From NCBI RefSeq assembly GCF_001194135.2, contig NC_068986.1, positions 105,956,677-105,994,307 on the forward strand: a DNA stretch of 37,631 nt. The letters are read 5' to 3'. A model generated the notes under the pieces. That model did not search any database. It had not been told where the DNA came from and saw only the letters and a program-made list of their open reading frames with translations. Shown here piece after piece: positions 1-11,428 of this stretch (position 1 is its first letter; each line of letters begins with the position of its first letter). The DNA comes from Octopus bimaculoides. Lineage: Eukaryota. Both the position numbers and the translations under genes were made by a program.

Positions 1-17
1 ATATATATATATATATG

Positions 18-415
18 GGCGCAGGTGTGGCAGTGTGGTAAAAAAGCTTGCATCACTACCATTTGGTTCCAGGCTCAGCCCTATCAGAGCCTCGAGCAGA
101 CGAAAGCCTTGAGTGGATTTGGTAGACGGAAACTGAAAGAAGCAGGTCGTTTGTACGTATACCTGTATGTACATCTGTGTGTATCTTTGTGCCTGTGCTT
201 GTCCCCCCCCCTCCTCTCGCACCACTTGACAACCGGTCTTGGTGTGTTCATGTGCCCGTAACGTAGCGGTTCGGCAAAAAGGGACCGATGAAATAAGTAT
301 CAGGCTTTAAAAAAATATGCACTGGGTTCGATTCATTCGACTAAAAGTTCTTCAAGGCGGTGCTCCAGCATGGCCGCAGTCTAATGATTGAAACAAGTAA
401 AAGATAAAAAAAAAA
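18..415 (+). mobile_element. SINE family A (about 400 bp, tRNA-derived; possibly the described octopus OK-type SINE), diverged copy
   Basis: Head GGCGCAGGTGTGGCAGTGTGGTAA (A-box-like), GT-rich middle, tail GGCGGTGCTCCAGCATGGCCGCAGTC...GAAACAAGTAAAAG; colinear with copies at 1675, 7071 and 33405. Confidence 0.85.
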
Positions 416-1250
416 AATATCCAAATTCAATCAAAAACGACCAGTCCAGAGTGTCGCATGTATAATCAACCCCAATCTACTTGTAAGAGTGTGTATTCAG
501 TTTATACAGTCAAAAAGTCATCGACCGATCCTCTACCTGGTTACATGAGCTGCTAGAAAAAATAACCACATGTCCATCACGTTGTACCTTCTCGTCTTAC
601 TCGAAGAACTTTGAACCAAGGTTAGCCCGGTCAAGGTTGACACGGAGCTAAACAATTATAAACGAGGTGATCGGAAATTTATTACAAAATGTAAACTTAC
701 CGGTTCAATAAACTGAGCAATTTCTTAAAATTTAATTTCTGAGTTTTCGTAACATGTTTACATAAATTCATTTTGTATTTTGATCAACCGGAGCTTTAAG
801 CGGTGACACACGGGAAGTGTTTCCTAGTTGTAAAAGTCCATGTCAGTTTCGTAAAGGAAGAATACAGAAAAATGGAAGGATGTTATTTTACGAAATAGTA
901 TTATATTATACTACAAAGCTAGTTGATAGATATTTCCTCCAGTTTAGTTCTATGATATCTGTTCTCTTTCTTATGTACGTTCTTTTGAGATTATCTTTCT
1001 TTTCGATTGATTCGCTTCTGCATTTCTCTCCTGTCCCGGCAGAAGGAGAGCCATTATAAAGTAGCATTACTTGCTAGAAAGAGCAGCCAAATATTCTTCA
1101 TATCACGTTTAAGCATCTTAAAACAACAAACAGCATAATCTGTAATATAACCCGAGAAACAAAATGCCTGGAATTCTTTTTTTGTTATAGATTTGCTTTG
1201 CTGACCGAAAGTTAAACAATAAAACCAAGGTCAACAATTTCAGAGGAGAG

Positions 1251-1362
1251 GTAGGTTGATTACATCGACCCCGAAAGGATGAAAGGCAAAGGTGACCCCG
1301 GCGAAATTTGAACTCAGAATGTAAAGTCGGATGAAATGCCGCTAAACATTTTGTCCGGCGCG
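1251..1362 (-). mobile_element. SINE family B fragment with internal deletion
   Basis: ATCGACCCCGAAAGGATGAAAGGCAAAG...ATTTGAACTCAGAA is the reverse complement of the family B core seen at 28317 and 34283. Confidence 0.8.
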
Positions 1363-1570
1363 GTTATCTACTCTGATTTTGTTTTCTAATAATATTCTGA
1401 AAAATGGATATTTTAAAATGAAAACTTCCATAAATATTTTTCAGATGGTGTAAATTACAGTTATGTCGGAATAGGTATGACAAAAGGAAAAAAAAAAAAG
1501 GGGCGGGGTGTCAGTTAGGGGGTGGATATTCTACACACCTGGAGTTTTGTTTCTTTTGTTTTTATCTTAA

Positions 1571-1670
1571 CACTTTTACTTGTTTCAGTCATCGGATTGC
1601 GTCCATGCTGGGGCACTGCTTCAAAAGGTTTAGTCGTACAAATCGACCCCAGTATTATTTTTAAGTCTGG
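1571..1670 (-). mobile_element. SINE family A-related 3' fragment
   Basis: TTTTACTTGTTTCAGTCAT...CCATGCTGGGGCACTGC matches the family A tail; lies directly next to the full copy at 1675. Confidence 0.7.
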
Positions 1671-1674
1671 GAGT

Positions 1675-2074
1675 TATTCTATACTCTTTTACTTGTTTCA
1701 GTCATTTGACTGCGGCCATGCTGGAGCACTGCCTTTAGTCGAGCAAATCGACCCCAGGACTTATTCTTTGTATGCCTAATAGTACTTATTCTATCGGCCC
1801 TTTTGCCGAATCGCTAAGTTACGGGGACGTAAACACACCGCCATCGGTTGTCAAGCGATGTTGGGGGGACAAACACAGACACACAAACACGCATATATAT
1901 ATACATACATACGACGGGCTTCTTTCAGTTTTCGTCTACCAAATCCACTCACAAAGCTTTGGTCGGCCCGAGCCTATAGTAGAAGACACTTGCTCAAGGT
2001 GCCACGCAGTGGGAGTGAACCCGGAACCATGTGGTTGGTAAGAAAACTACTTACCACACAGCCACTCCTGCGTC
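1675..2074 (-). mobile_element. SINE family A, full length
   Basis: Reverse complement of the 33405 copy along its whole length, from tail TACTCTTTTACTTGTTTCAGTC to head CACACAGCCACTCCTGCG. Confidence 0.92.
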
Positions 2075-2089
2075 TGTATCTTTTTACTG

Positions 2090-2239
2090 AACCGGTAAGT
2101 CACTGAGACGTAAATAAACCAACAGTGGTTGTCACATAGTGTTAGACACACACACACTCTCTTTCTCTCTCTCTCATACACTCTCACACATACATTAATA
2201 TGAAGGGCTTCTTTCAGTTTCCATCAACCAAATCCACTG
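2090..2239 (-). mobile_element. SINE family A internal fragment abutting a PLE fragment
   Basis: GGGCTTCTTTCAGTTTCCATCAACCAAATCCACT matches family A and switches abruptly to coding-like sequence near 2240. Confidence 0.65.
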
Positions 2240-2800
2240 AGAAAGGTTGGAATAAAATACAAAGAGCTTGTGACAAAACCGACAAATATCTAGGAATGAT
2301 GTCTGTAGAGGCCACAGCCCATGGAGAACTAGCCCGTAGATTTAAGAAAGCTCCGAAGGAGACCAAACTCAACATTAAGATCGTTGAAAAGCCAAGGAAC
2401 TCCATCAGATCACAACTATGTAGGACGTATCCCTTTTAAAATACCAAATGCACCAATGATAACTGCATGGTATGTAGGATTAACCCTGGCATTAACTGTA
2501 GAACTAGAAACGTAGTCTACAACATAAGGTGCATAGAAGGTGCTTGTAAAGACAAGAAAATGACATACATTGTTGAGACATCTAGGAGCATTGTGGAAAG
2601 ACTAAATGAACATTTGAGACAATATGATAAAAAAGAAAACAGTCCTCCTTACTCTACCAACATGCTAAGGACCAACATGGAGGCAATCTGGGTCAACTTG
2701 ACATCTGCACTTTATCCAAGCGCCCGAAGGACTCAACACTCAGACAAATACAAGAGTGCATCTTCATAAATAAAACAACCTCAATACTAAATAGGAAATA
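2240..2800 (+). pseudogene. Penelope-like element (PLE) linker plus GIY-YIG endonuclease fragment, decayed
   Basis: ORFs 2200-2439 and 2467-2769 are in the same frame across one TAA: ...KCTNDNCMVC...NCRTRNVVYNIRC...TYIVETSRSIVERLNEH. After a frameshift: QHAKDQH...RQIQECIFINKTTSILNRK. This fits the PLE pattern VY..C..YIGET.R...R..EH..H..H..R.I.E.I.I...LNR, with YIG changed to YIV. Confidence 0.85.
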
Positions 2801-2879
2801 TAGGTAGTAGGTAATAATACCCCCATTCCCACACTTTATATGCATATACAGGTAGAATAGTTAGTGGGCTGTTACGTAG

Positions 2880-3295
2880 ATGCATGTGTGTATGTGTATA
2901 TATGTGTATATGTATACGCATACGTATATTTATATACATATGTATGTAAGTTAATGGATATGAATGTAAACAGGAAGACATACAGACGGTTAGGTATATA
3001 AGTTATATGAACAGACAAGCACACATACAAACGCAAATGAATCACGTGACCATATACATACACACATCACTTCACACAAGGACACACACATATACACATA
3101 CACAAGCAAACACACACACACAAACACATGAATATGCAGAATACATACATACAAATGTACACACATACATATATACATACGTGCACACACACACACACAC
3201 ACGCATAAACACACTTACAAGCATACATACATACATACATACATACATGTGTGTGCGCGAACACACCGACCCTCCACACATGCGCACAAACAAAC
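2880..3295. repeat. Mosaic (TA)/(TG)/(CA)/(TACA) low-complexity tract
   Basis: Seen directly; explains the overlapping VCVC/HTHT ORFs. Confidence 0.9.
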
Positions 3296-5785
3296 AAAAA
3301 GAACGCAGCTCGGATCACGGACAGAGTCAACGACTACTGAAAAGATTGCAAGACGCCAGTGAAAATTTTAGGAAAAATAAATAAGTAAATGAATGGAAAT
3401 TTTATAGGTGAGTGACTATCTCTTCCCAGACACAACAAAATATGCTTCAACACACGAATTCACATAAAGAATCTTGCAATCTAAATCTCCAAACGAAGTT
3501 AAGTGAATAATTTTTTTAATAAAATGAAAATTTCCAATGATATCGATATCAAGGAAAAAAAAAAAAAACGAAACAAAAAAACCCATCAGAATTGAATTTG
3601 TTGGTATGACAGTTGGATGTACTATAGGCCTATTTGTGAGGAAACAAAGTCAAGATGCATGAAATATCCGTCCCTAATCCAATTTATTTTTGCACGTGAA
3701 ATTCCGATATAATACCAATTTACACCACCGAAAAGGTATTTGTAGAAAATTTAATTATTAAATATCTATTTTTCAGAAAGTTCTGAAGAAACAAAGTCGG
3801 TGGCGGCTGAAGGTGCATCTCTGCAGTTGTGCGTTGCCAAAATCCTGTTTTTTTGTGTTTATAAGTAATCACCTCCACAACTGAATACGATGATTTCAAG
3901 TTCAGTTCCCAGACAGTGAGCTGGTGTCTGGAACTCTGTCGTTATTCCTGCTACAAACTATTAACGACGGAGTTACCAGTTGTAACGACTAAGTTTAATG
4001 TCAAAATGCACCAGAGAAATAAATTAAGAAGAACAATATTAATTGCTTATCAAAATGGCCATTTATTAGGATTGTTATGACGTTACAATACAGAAAATAA
4101 CTTTTTTTATAATTGTTTGTGTACACAAAAGTTATTTGTAGATCTGTCCATCTTAATATATAAAGCTGAAGTTGTGTGTCTGTATGAAGCCTTTTTAAAA
4201 GTTTATAGAAATCCACATTTTCCACTCTTTCGTAAATTTTTTTACATCAATGGAATTTTCTCGATGTGAACTTTCCAGTGCAGTGATTAGAGTTTTTAAA
4301 TTCCGTTTACTTTGTGTGATCTAAGGAAGATTTGGCTGTTGTTTCAAGCAACTTTTATATTTCTTCCATTCTTACACACGCGCTCAACATAAAAATGTAG
4401 GGAGTAAGAGTAAAAGAGGGAGGGAGAAAGAGAGAGAGAGAGAGAAAGAGAAAGTGATATATACAAAGTCATAGATTAAACTTTCCTCTCAGTATTCTTT
4501 ACCTATTTTTCGTAACAGATACGTAAAAACACACACAACCACACATACGTGATCTGTGACAACAACATACACATTGCTCTCGTTCTAGATAAAAGGAATG
4601 TAGGTAGATAGAAAGGATAACAAATCTACTCTTGCGCGTTGCTCAGGATATTGAGACAGTTGTGTTCTTCGACTAGACGCTGAGTGACCGAAGAGACGGG
4701 TCGACCCAAAGAGAAAGAAAGCTATTTGGCTTCACGAATTTATATTCTTCGTAATTGAATTAGGTCAAGCGAAAACAAAGGATTGGATTTCTCCTCTCTA
4801 ATCAGCTTTGACCGATGAATGTCTAGAGAAAGATCAAGAGGTCAGCTTATTCGCATAAACTTTCCATAAACCAAGAAAGTTGGTAGCTGTTCGTTACAAA
4901 CTGAATGCATTCATTTGGACAATTTCCATTTTCTTTCTCCCACTTAAGTATTTAATAAGTATGTGAGCATATGATCTGAATGAGTTTTTTCCCCCAAATA
5001 TCTCTGCACACAAACTTTGCTAATAACTCAATTTATTTCCTTTATTGTTTATAAAGTTATCAAAATGTATGTTAAACACTTTATCCATTTACTTTGGCCT
5101 ATAAAACGAATAAGATTTTTACGAATAATTGTCCTTATTCGAGCCGCACGATCAAGTTTGTGCTTCAATCCAGCCTTCATATATTAGACTGTTACTTGCT
5201 GATATAGAGAATGGCCTTGCCAGCCGAATTCGGTACCCTGGCATAAACAATGAAGATTGTGATGAAAGCAGAGGACAGGTCTCGGCCAGCATTAATAATA
5301 TCAGAAAAGACAGCTTTCTTTTATTAGCTACAAGGGTTCATACATATATATATATATATAAATACAGTTATGATAAACCCTTGGAAGAGGTTGCGTGGCG
5401 TTCAATCATATGATAATATAAATATATTATTTATATTATTTATATTATTATATGATAGACTCTTCGTCCGTTTCGACGGTGACCATTCAGCTGTTCGGTC
5501 AACTGAAAGTTCAATTTACTAAATTAATGTAGCCAGTAAAAGAAACTTTTCTTTTCTTTGGCTTCTGGAGCACGTCCGTGGCTTTGAACCAGTTGAATAC
5601 ACATACAGACACGCATGCGCGCACACGTTTGTGGTTATTCGGTTATTGTCGTTTGAAAAGCATGCTAATGTTAATATTATTTACGGATACCATTTGCAGC
5701 TAAACATTTAGTCCGACACGCTAAACGACCTTGCCAGCTCACCTCCCACCCAGTAAAAATATATTGGGAAGAAAAAAGGGGTGCA

Positions 5786-6184
5786 TTTTGGTTGTCTCAC
5801 CCCATTAAAAAATTGGGTTCTCTCCCCTACTGAAAAAATTGTTTAACCCTCAATAATTAAAAAAAATGAAAATATTAATAAATATGAAAAGCGAAAAGAG
5901 TAAACATCTTATTGAATCTGATAATATATTTATAACAAATCATACACAACTGAAAAAATTAACAAACACGAAACTGAAACAATTAAACATTGAATCTAAT
6001 AACATTTTTATAACAAATATTATTCCTATTGAAGAGGCCAAAAGTCAACAATTTGTTGAGGTATGGAATCAAAAGGATCTAATCCTTTTAATTCAATCTC
6101 TTGTCGCCACATAAACTCAATACTTTAGAGGGGAGATAACCCAATTCTTATGGCAATTTTTAATGGGGGTGAAATAACCAAAAA
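5786..6184. mobile_element. Candidate old MITE (degenerate terminal inverted repeats)
   Basis: TTTTGGTTGTCTCACCCCATTAAAAA..ATTGGGTTCTCTCCCCT (5786-5828) versus an inverted copy at 6129-6184 with about 11 extra bases; AT-rich interior; no TSD identified. Confidence 0.4.
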
Positions 6185-6328
6185 GTACTAAAAAGTGAAG
6201 TAGAGTGCAGTGTAGCAATTCAAAACGAGGGTAGGAGTTAGGAGAGTTTATGTTCACATATTCGACAATGGTAGAATGTATGCCGAGAAACTGAGAACCT
6301 GTAATATATATATATATATATATATATA

Positions 6329-6576
6329 NNNNNNNNNNNNNNNNNNNNNNNNNNNNNNNNNNNNNNNNNNNNNNNNNNNNNNNNNNNNNNNNNNNNNNNN
6401 NNNNNNNNNNNNNNNNNNNNNNNNNNNNNNNNNNNNNNNNNNNNNNNNNNNNNNNNNNNNNNNNNNNNNNNNNNNNNNNNNNNNNNNNNNNNNNNNNNNN
6501 NNNNNNNNNNNNNNNNNNNNNNNNNNNNNNNNNNNNNNNNNNNNNNNNNNNNNNNNNNNNNNNNNNNNNNNNNNNN
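6329..6576. other. Assembly gap
   Basis: N run after (TA)n. Confidence 1.
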
Positions 6577-7070
6577 CTATGGCACACATAGAACAAAAAA
6601 CCGAAGGGAAAAGCAAAAACAAACCTGCCTTTAGTTAGTTGGATACGACGTTTCACGGTTAAGAGTATGAAATTACTCTATTCCGACTCTTCAGCCCGCC
6701 ATCTGTTTAGAGAAAAAATTTGTAGTTTGGAATCAGTAGTTCTTTGACTGCTATTTCTAAATTTTCAGTATGTTGGAGAAGCAACTCAAGCTAATCCCTG
6801 TATATTTATGATGATAAATGGTTTTACCGATAAAGGTTTTTTCATACTGAACTACTTGGCAAAATTGTTAATTATTAATTCTATTACTAATTGACGATTC
6901 CCTGCCCTTATTCTTGTATATTATATATATATATATATGTATATATTGACAAATTTTCGCGCTTTGTAAGGGCAGTTTACCCGATGTTCTTGCTATTTCA
7001 ACGGCGTCTCTGCGTTCGTAAATAAATAATTTTATTTGTATCTCTCTCTGTCTGTCTCTCTCTGAATATA

Positions 7071-7469
7071 TACTCTTATATTCTTTTACTTGTTTCAGTC
7101 ATTTGACTGTGGCCATGCTGGAGCACCGCCTTTTGTCGAGCAAATCGACCCCAGGACTTATTCTTTGTAAGCCCAGCACCTGTTCAATCGGTCTCCCTAG
7201 CCGAACCGCCAAGTTACGGGGACGTAAACACACCAGCATCGGTTGTCAAGCGATGTTGGGGGGGGGGGCAAACACAGATACACAAACATACACACATACG
7301 TATACATACATATACACGACGGGCTTCTTTCAGTTGCCGTCTACCAAATCCACTCACAAGGCTTTGGTCGGCCTGAGGCTATAAAAGAAGACACTTGCTC
7401 AAGGTACCAGACAGTGGGACTGAACCCGGAAACATGTGGTTGGTAAGCAAGCGACTTACCACACAGCCA
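7071..7469 (-). mobile_element. SINE family A, full length
   Basis: Colinear with 1675-2074. Confidence 0.92.
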
Positions 7470-7635
7470 ATATACACACACGTGTGCGCACACATACACA
7501 CATATATGTATGCACATGTATGTAAACATATATGTATATATACATGCATTTATGTGTGAGTAAGTCTGTTAGTCATAAGAACTATAGGGTCGACTCATAA
7601 ATTTAGATACGTCATCCTACACGTATTCGTTAATG

Positions 7636-7786
7636 ATCCTTTCTACTATAAGCACAAGGCCTGAAATTTTGGGGGAGGGAACTAGTCGATCACATCGACC
7701 CAAGTGTGTTACTGGTACTTAATTTATCGACGCCTAAACGATGAAAGGCAAAGTCGACCTTGGCAGAATTTGAAATCAGAACGTAG
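7636..7786 (-). mobile_element. SINE family B (B1 tail), lacking most of its head
   Basis: GCACAAGGCCTGAAATTTTGGGGG...GGTACTTAATTTATCGAC...ATGAAAGGCAAAGTCGACC. Confidence 0.85.
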
Positions 7787-8089
7787 TTGTATGTATTCAT
7801 TAATAATAATGTACATTAAAAAAAAAAACACCTTATGAACAGATTACATTATAATCATCGGAGATTACGCAACCAAAGTGAATAAAAGAAGCGTTTCTTT
7901 TTTGTCAGTCAGGTATTTTTTATCAGATTTTGTGAATCAGGTGAATCAGGTTTTTTCGGAATATGTCCACAGCGGGATGGGCTTTCCTTAGATTAATGGA
8001 TAAGTATTTTACACAATCCCATAGGTGTAGGATATTATTCAATAAACATAAGTAAGAGACTTTTTTAGTTGTGCACCTTAGCGCCCAAA

Positions 8090-8550
8090 AATGTGTGTGA
8101 ATACTCCAAAGTACCGTGCAAAATCAGAAGGTTCATGTAGGGGTAGTAGTGAGTACCCAGTGAACGGTCAATGCAACAATGAGGCCTTGTTCGCTGAAGG
8201 AGAAGTAGTGTTGTTCAGTAGTAGCAACGAGAGCGGAGGGACACGCACACGGGAAAATGTTGAGGTAACACGGAGCTCCTTTAAGGCCAGATTACATAAC
8301 CAGAGGTCCTCTTTTAGAATCCAACAGAGGCGCAAAGTTACAACATTAGCCAGCTATATATGTATAGCAATTAGTAGGAAGGAACGCCGTACAAAACCAA
8401 TTGGAAATTACAGGAACAGTTTGGACCATACCTGAATGGTACGTTGCAAGCTATGATTGATCGAGAGGCGAATCATTCAAAATATTTCACACAATCCAGG
8501 TACCTTCCTGAACGCAATATTTCGTTGCTGTGCTCATATAATCATAGCAC
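8090..8550 (+). pseudogene. Second, different PLE GIY-YIG endonuclease fragment, decayed
   Basis: GSCRGSSEYPVNGQCNNE...VTRSSFKARLHNQRSSFRIQQRRKVTTLASYI, then across frameshifts EGTPYKTNWKL..GPYLNG and CKL*LIERRII...FLN..C.H. Matches the PLE type with CxC..CP..G.C / FK.R..NH..SF / W.I / C.LCL.EK..I / LN..CRH motifs. Confidence 0.75.
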
Positions 8551-8760
8551 GATCCAGAATGTATATTTACCCCCAGTATATAAGTTCCAAAGAAACTAAC
8601 TTTTACTCTGGTTAGAGACAATATGGCAGACATTGTATGTTTGCCGAGGTATTTAGTGACATGACTTTAGTAACGTAGTAATTTTCGAAGTGAGGTAAAT
8701 TCGAGGGGAATAAGTCTGTATATTTGTTCGTTTCATTCTTTCCGAGTTCCTTTGTGTGTT

Positions 8761-8761
8761 G

Positions 8762-8806
<45 letters not shown>

Positions 8807-8880
8807 GTCTACCTACCTACCTACCTACCTACCTACCCATGTATCTATCTACCTATCTATCTATCTATCTATCTATATGT
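8761..8880. repeat. Compound (CTAT)n-(CTAC)n-(CTAT)n microsatellite
   Basis: Seen directly. Confidence 0.95.
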
Positions 8881-9289
8881 ATATATTTATATATTAATCC
8901 CTGGTTTGTGCGTGTAAGTGTATCTTCATGTGTGCATGTACTCACATAGACTCGCTTTCCCACGCCCGCGCACACTCACGCATACATGCATAATACATAC
9001 ATACATATATACATACATGCACACGCTCACACATAGACATATGCCAGTGTGTTTGCGCGTATACACCCACACATATTCTGCATATGTTCCTATATTAGTT
9101 TACACATATATATATATATACAATCGAATGAGCAAGGACGGACGAAATAGAATAGGATAAACGGATGAATGGTCAATCCAATAAAATGAATAGATGAATG
9201 GATATATAAATAGATAAAAGAATGAAACAATAATGTAATTGAAAAATGAATAAAATGCATGGGAGAATATTTGATGAATGAATGAATGG

Positions 9290-10165
9290 ATAGTTGTAGT
9301 AGTAATGCCAACCAGCCAGGGTTGGGGCTGCCTTCAGTGTAATACTATGGCTCAAAAGAAGTTAACGCGCGTGAATGTATTTGAAGCTTGTCACGTGGGC
9401 GGCATGTAGGACTTACATTACGGCTAATGGTAGTTTGTAAATATATGTAAACATGTATTGAAGCTGTACAGTGAATCCTCCTCCTCCGCTCATGAACAAC
9501 TGCTTGCTTTATCTTGTATCTTTGATTTGGTTTCAGCCAGGGGCTGAGGCCAAGCTGGAGGACCGCGTTGCAGTGTGTTTGGGTTTTTTTTTTTCTGTGC
9601 TGTTTCTGGTGAAGTAACGAGTTAGATGCAGCTGCTCTTCTTTGTGCCTCCTGCCGTGATGTGGGTTCATCTGGTTTTCTCAATTAAAAATATATCCAGA
9701 TGCTCTTTGAAGACATCCACATCTACAACTCGGAAATCTCTGAAGCTGTTTGGCAGAATGTTGAGTAGTTGTGGGCCCTTAAAACTCAAGCTGTTGCAGT
9801 ACTGGGTCCTTATTCGAGATGGAGAAGACGGGATCTTTGGTATTATGCAATCCCATCCAGTTCAGTGGTTGGTATAGCTATCAATTCCAAAGTTGGGAGC
9901 TAGACCTTCCAGGATCTTCCATATGTATATCATCGCATATCTTTCACTTCTTCCCTCTAGGAAGTGGAACTTCACTTCTTTTACCCTTTCCCAGTCGTTC
10001 ATCTGTTTCACTGAGTCAATCTTTTTTGTGTAGTGGTGCTGGACTACCTCCAGTTTCGCGACCAGTTTAACGCTCTGTGGGGACCATAGCTGGGAGCAGT
10101 AATCCAGACGACTAAGAACGAAAGCTCTCCATAGGAGTAACGTGGTATCCTTCTTAGTATTCCAG
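9290..10165 (-). pseudogene. CR1-group LINE 3' fragment (ORF2 C-terminus, 3' UTR, short (TAC)n tail)
   Basis: Minus-strand translation LLWRAFVLSRLDYCSQLWSP...LEVVQHHYTKKI...WERVKE...ERYAMIYIWKILEGLAPN...SLSFKGPQLLNILP...FKEHLDIFL / PDEPTSRQEAQRRAAASNSLLHQ, with one stop and one frameshift; ends in CATTACTACTACAAC. Confidence 0.88.
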
Positions 10166-10210
10166 ACTTAGTAGAAAAAAACAAACAAACAGAAAAAAGC
10201 AGAATACACA

Positions 10211-10256
<46 letters not shown>

Positions 10257-11233
10257 NNNNNNNNNNNNNNNNNNNNNNNNNNNNNNNNNNNNNNNNNNNN
10301 NNNNNNNNNNNNNNNNNNNNNNNNNNNNNNNNNNNNNNNNNNNNNNNNNNNNNNNNNNNNNNNNNNNNNNNNNNNNNNNNNNNNNNNNNNNNNNNNNNNN
10401 NNNNNNNNNNNNNNNNNNNNNNNNNNNNNNNNNNNNNNNNNNNNNNNNNNNNNNNNNNNNNNNNNNNNNNNNNNNNNNNNNNNNNNNNNNNNNNNNNNNN
10501 NNNNNNNNNNNNNNNNNNNNNNNNNNNNNNNNNNNNNNNNNNNNNNNNNNNNNNNNNNNNNNNNNNNNNNNNNNNNNNNNNNNNNNNNNNNNNNNNNNNN
10601 NNNNNNNNNNNNNNNNNNNNNNNNNNNNNNNNNNNNNNNNNNNNNNNNNNNNNNNNNNNNNNNNNNNNNNNNNNNNNNNNNNNNNNNNNNNNNNNNNNNN
10701 NNNNNNNNNNNNNNNNNNNNNNNNNNNNNNNNNNNNNNNNNNNNNNNNNNNNNNNNNNNNNNNNNNNNNNNNNNNNNNNNNNNNNNNNNNNNNNNNNNNN
10801 NNNNNNNNNNNNNNNNNNNNNNNNNNNNNNNNNNNNNNNNNNNNNNNNNNNNNNNNNNNNNNNNNNNNNNNNNNNNNNNNNNNNNNNNNNNNNNNNNNNN
10901 NNNNNNNNNNNNNNNNNNNNNNNNNNNNNNNNNNNNNNNNNNNNNNNNNNNNNNNNNNNNNNNNNNNNNNNNNNNNNNNNNNNNNNNNNNNNNNNNNNNN
11001 NNNNNNNNNNNNNNNNNNNNNNNNNNNNNNNNNNNNNNNNNNNNNNNNNNNNNNNNNNNNNNNNNNNNNNNNNNNNNNNNNNNNNNNNNNNNNNNNNNNN
11101 NNNNNNNNNNNNNNNNNNNNNNNNNNNNNNNNNNNNNNNNNNNNNNNNNNNNNNNNNNNNNNNNNNNNNNNNNNNNNNNNNNNNNNNNNNNNNNNNNNNN
11201 NNNNNNNNNNNNNNNNNNNNNNNNNNNNNNNNN
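10257..11233. other. Assembly gap
   Basis: N run after (CA)n. Confidence 1.
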
Positions 11234-11428
11234 ATTTATATTCCTGCAGAACTAATGTGGGGTATAGAATATGGAATATACAATATATAATATGATATAC
11301 AATATAAAATAAAATAAAATAAAAATGGATGGCACCATGAAAGAAAGTATTGAATGTAGATGAAATATTGAGTGTTCAATATAAAGGATCAAATATATAA
11401 ATATATAAATATAAATATATATATATAA

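Noticed and set aside
540-660. Possible fifth old repeat family (also near 1050-1130, 14765-14805, 17500-17670)
   Set aside because: Shared motifs such as GCTAGAAA and a (CAA)n-like end are too short and diverged to set boundaries from this window alone.
1501-1525. G-quadruplex candidate GGGCGGGGTGTCAGTTAGGGGGTGG
   Set aside because: Only three tracts of three or more G; no further support.
25-2106. ORFs such as 1522-1779, 1772-2041 and 1858-2106, and their look-alikes at 7103, 15810, 33573, 34627 and 37160
   Set aside because: They are translations of SINE copies; the same peptides recur wherever the SINE recurs.
5455-5495. Hammerhead-like CTGAATG...GAAAC on the minus strand
   Set aside because: The core lacks G8/A9 and stem I does not form.
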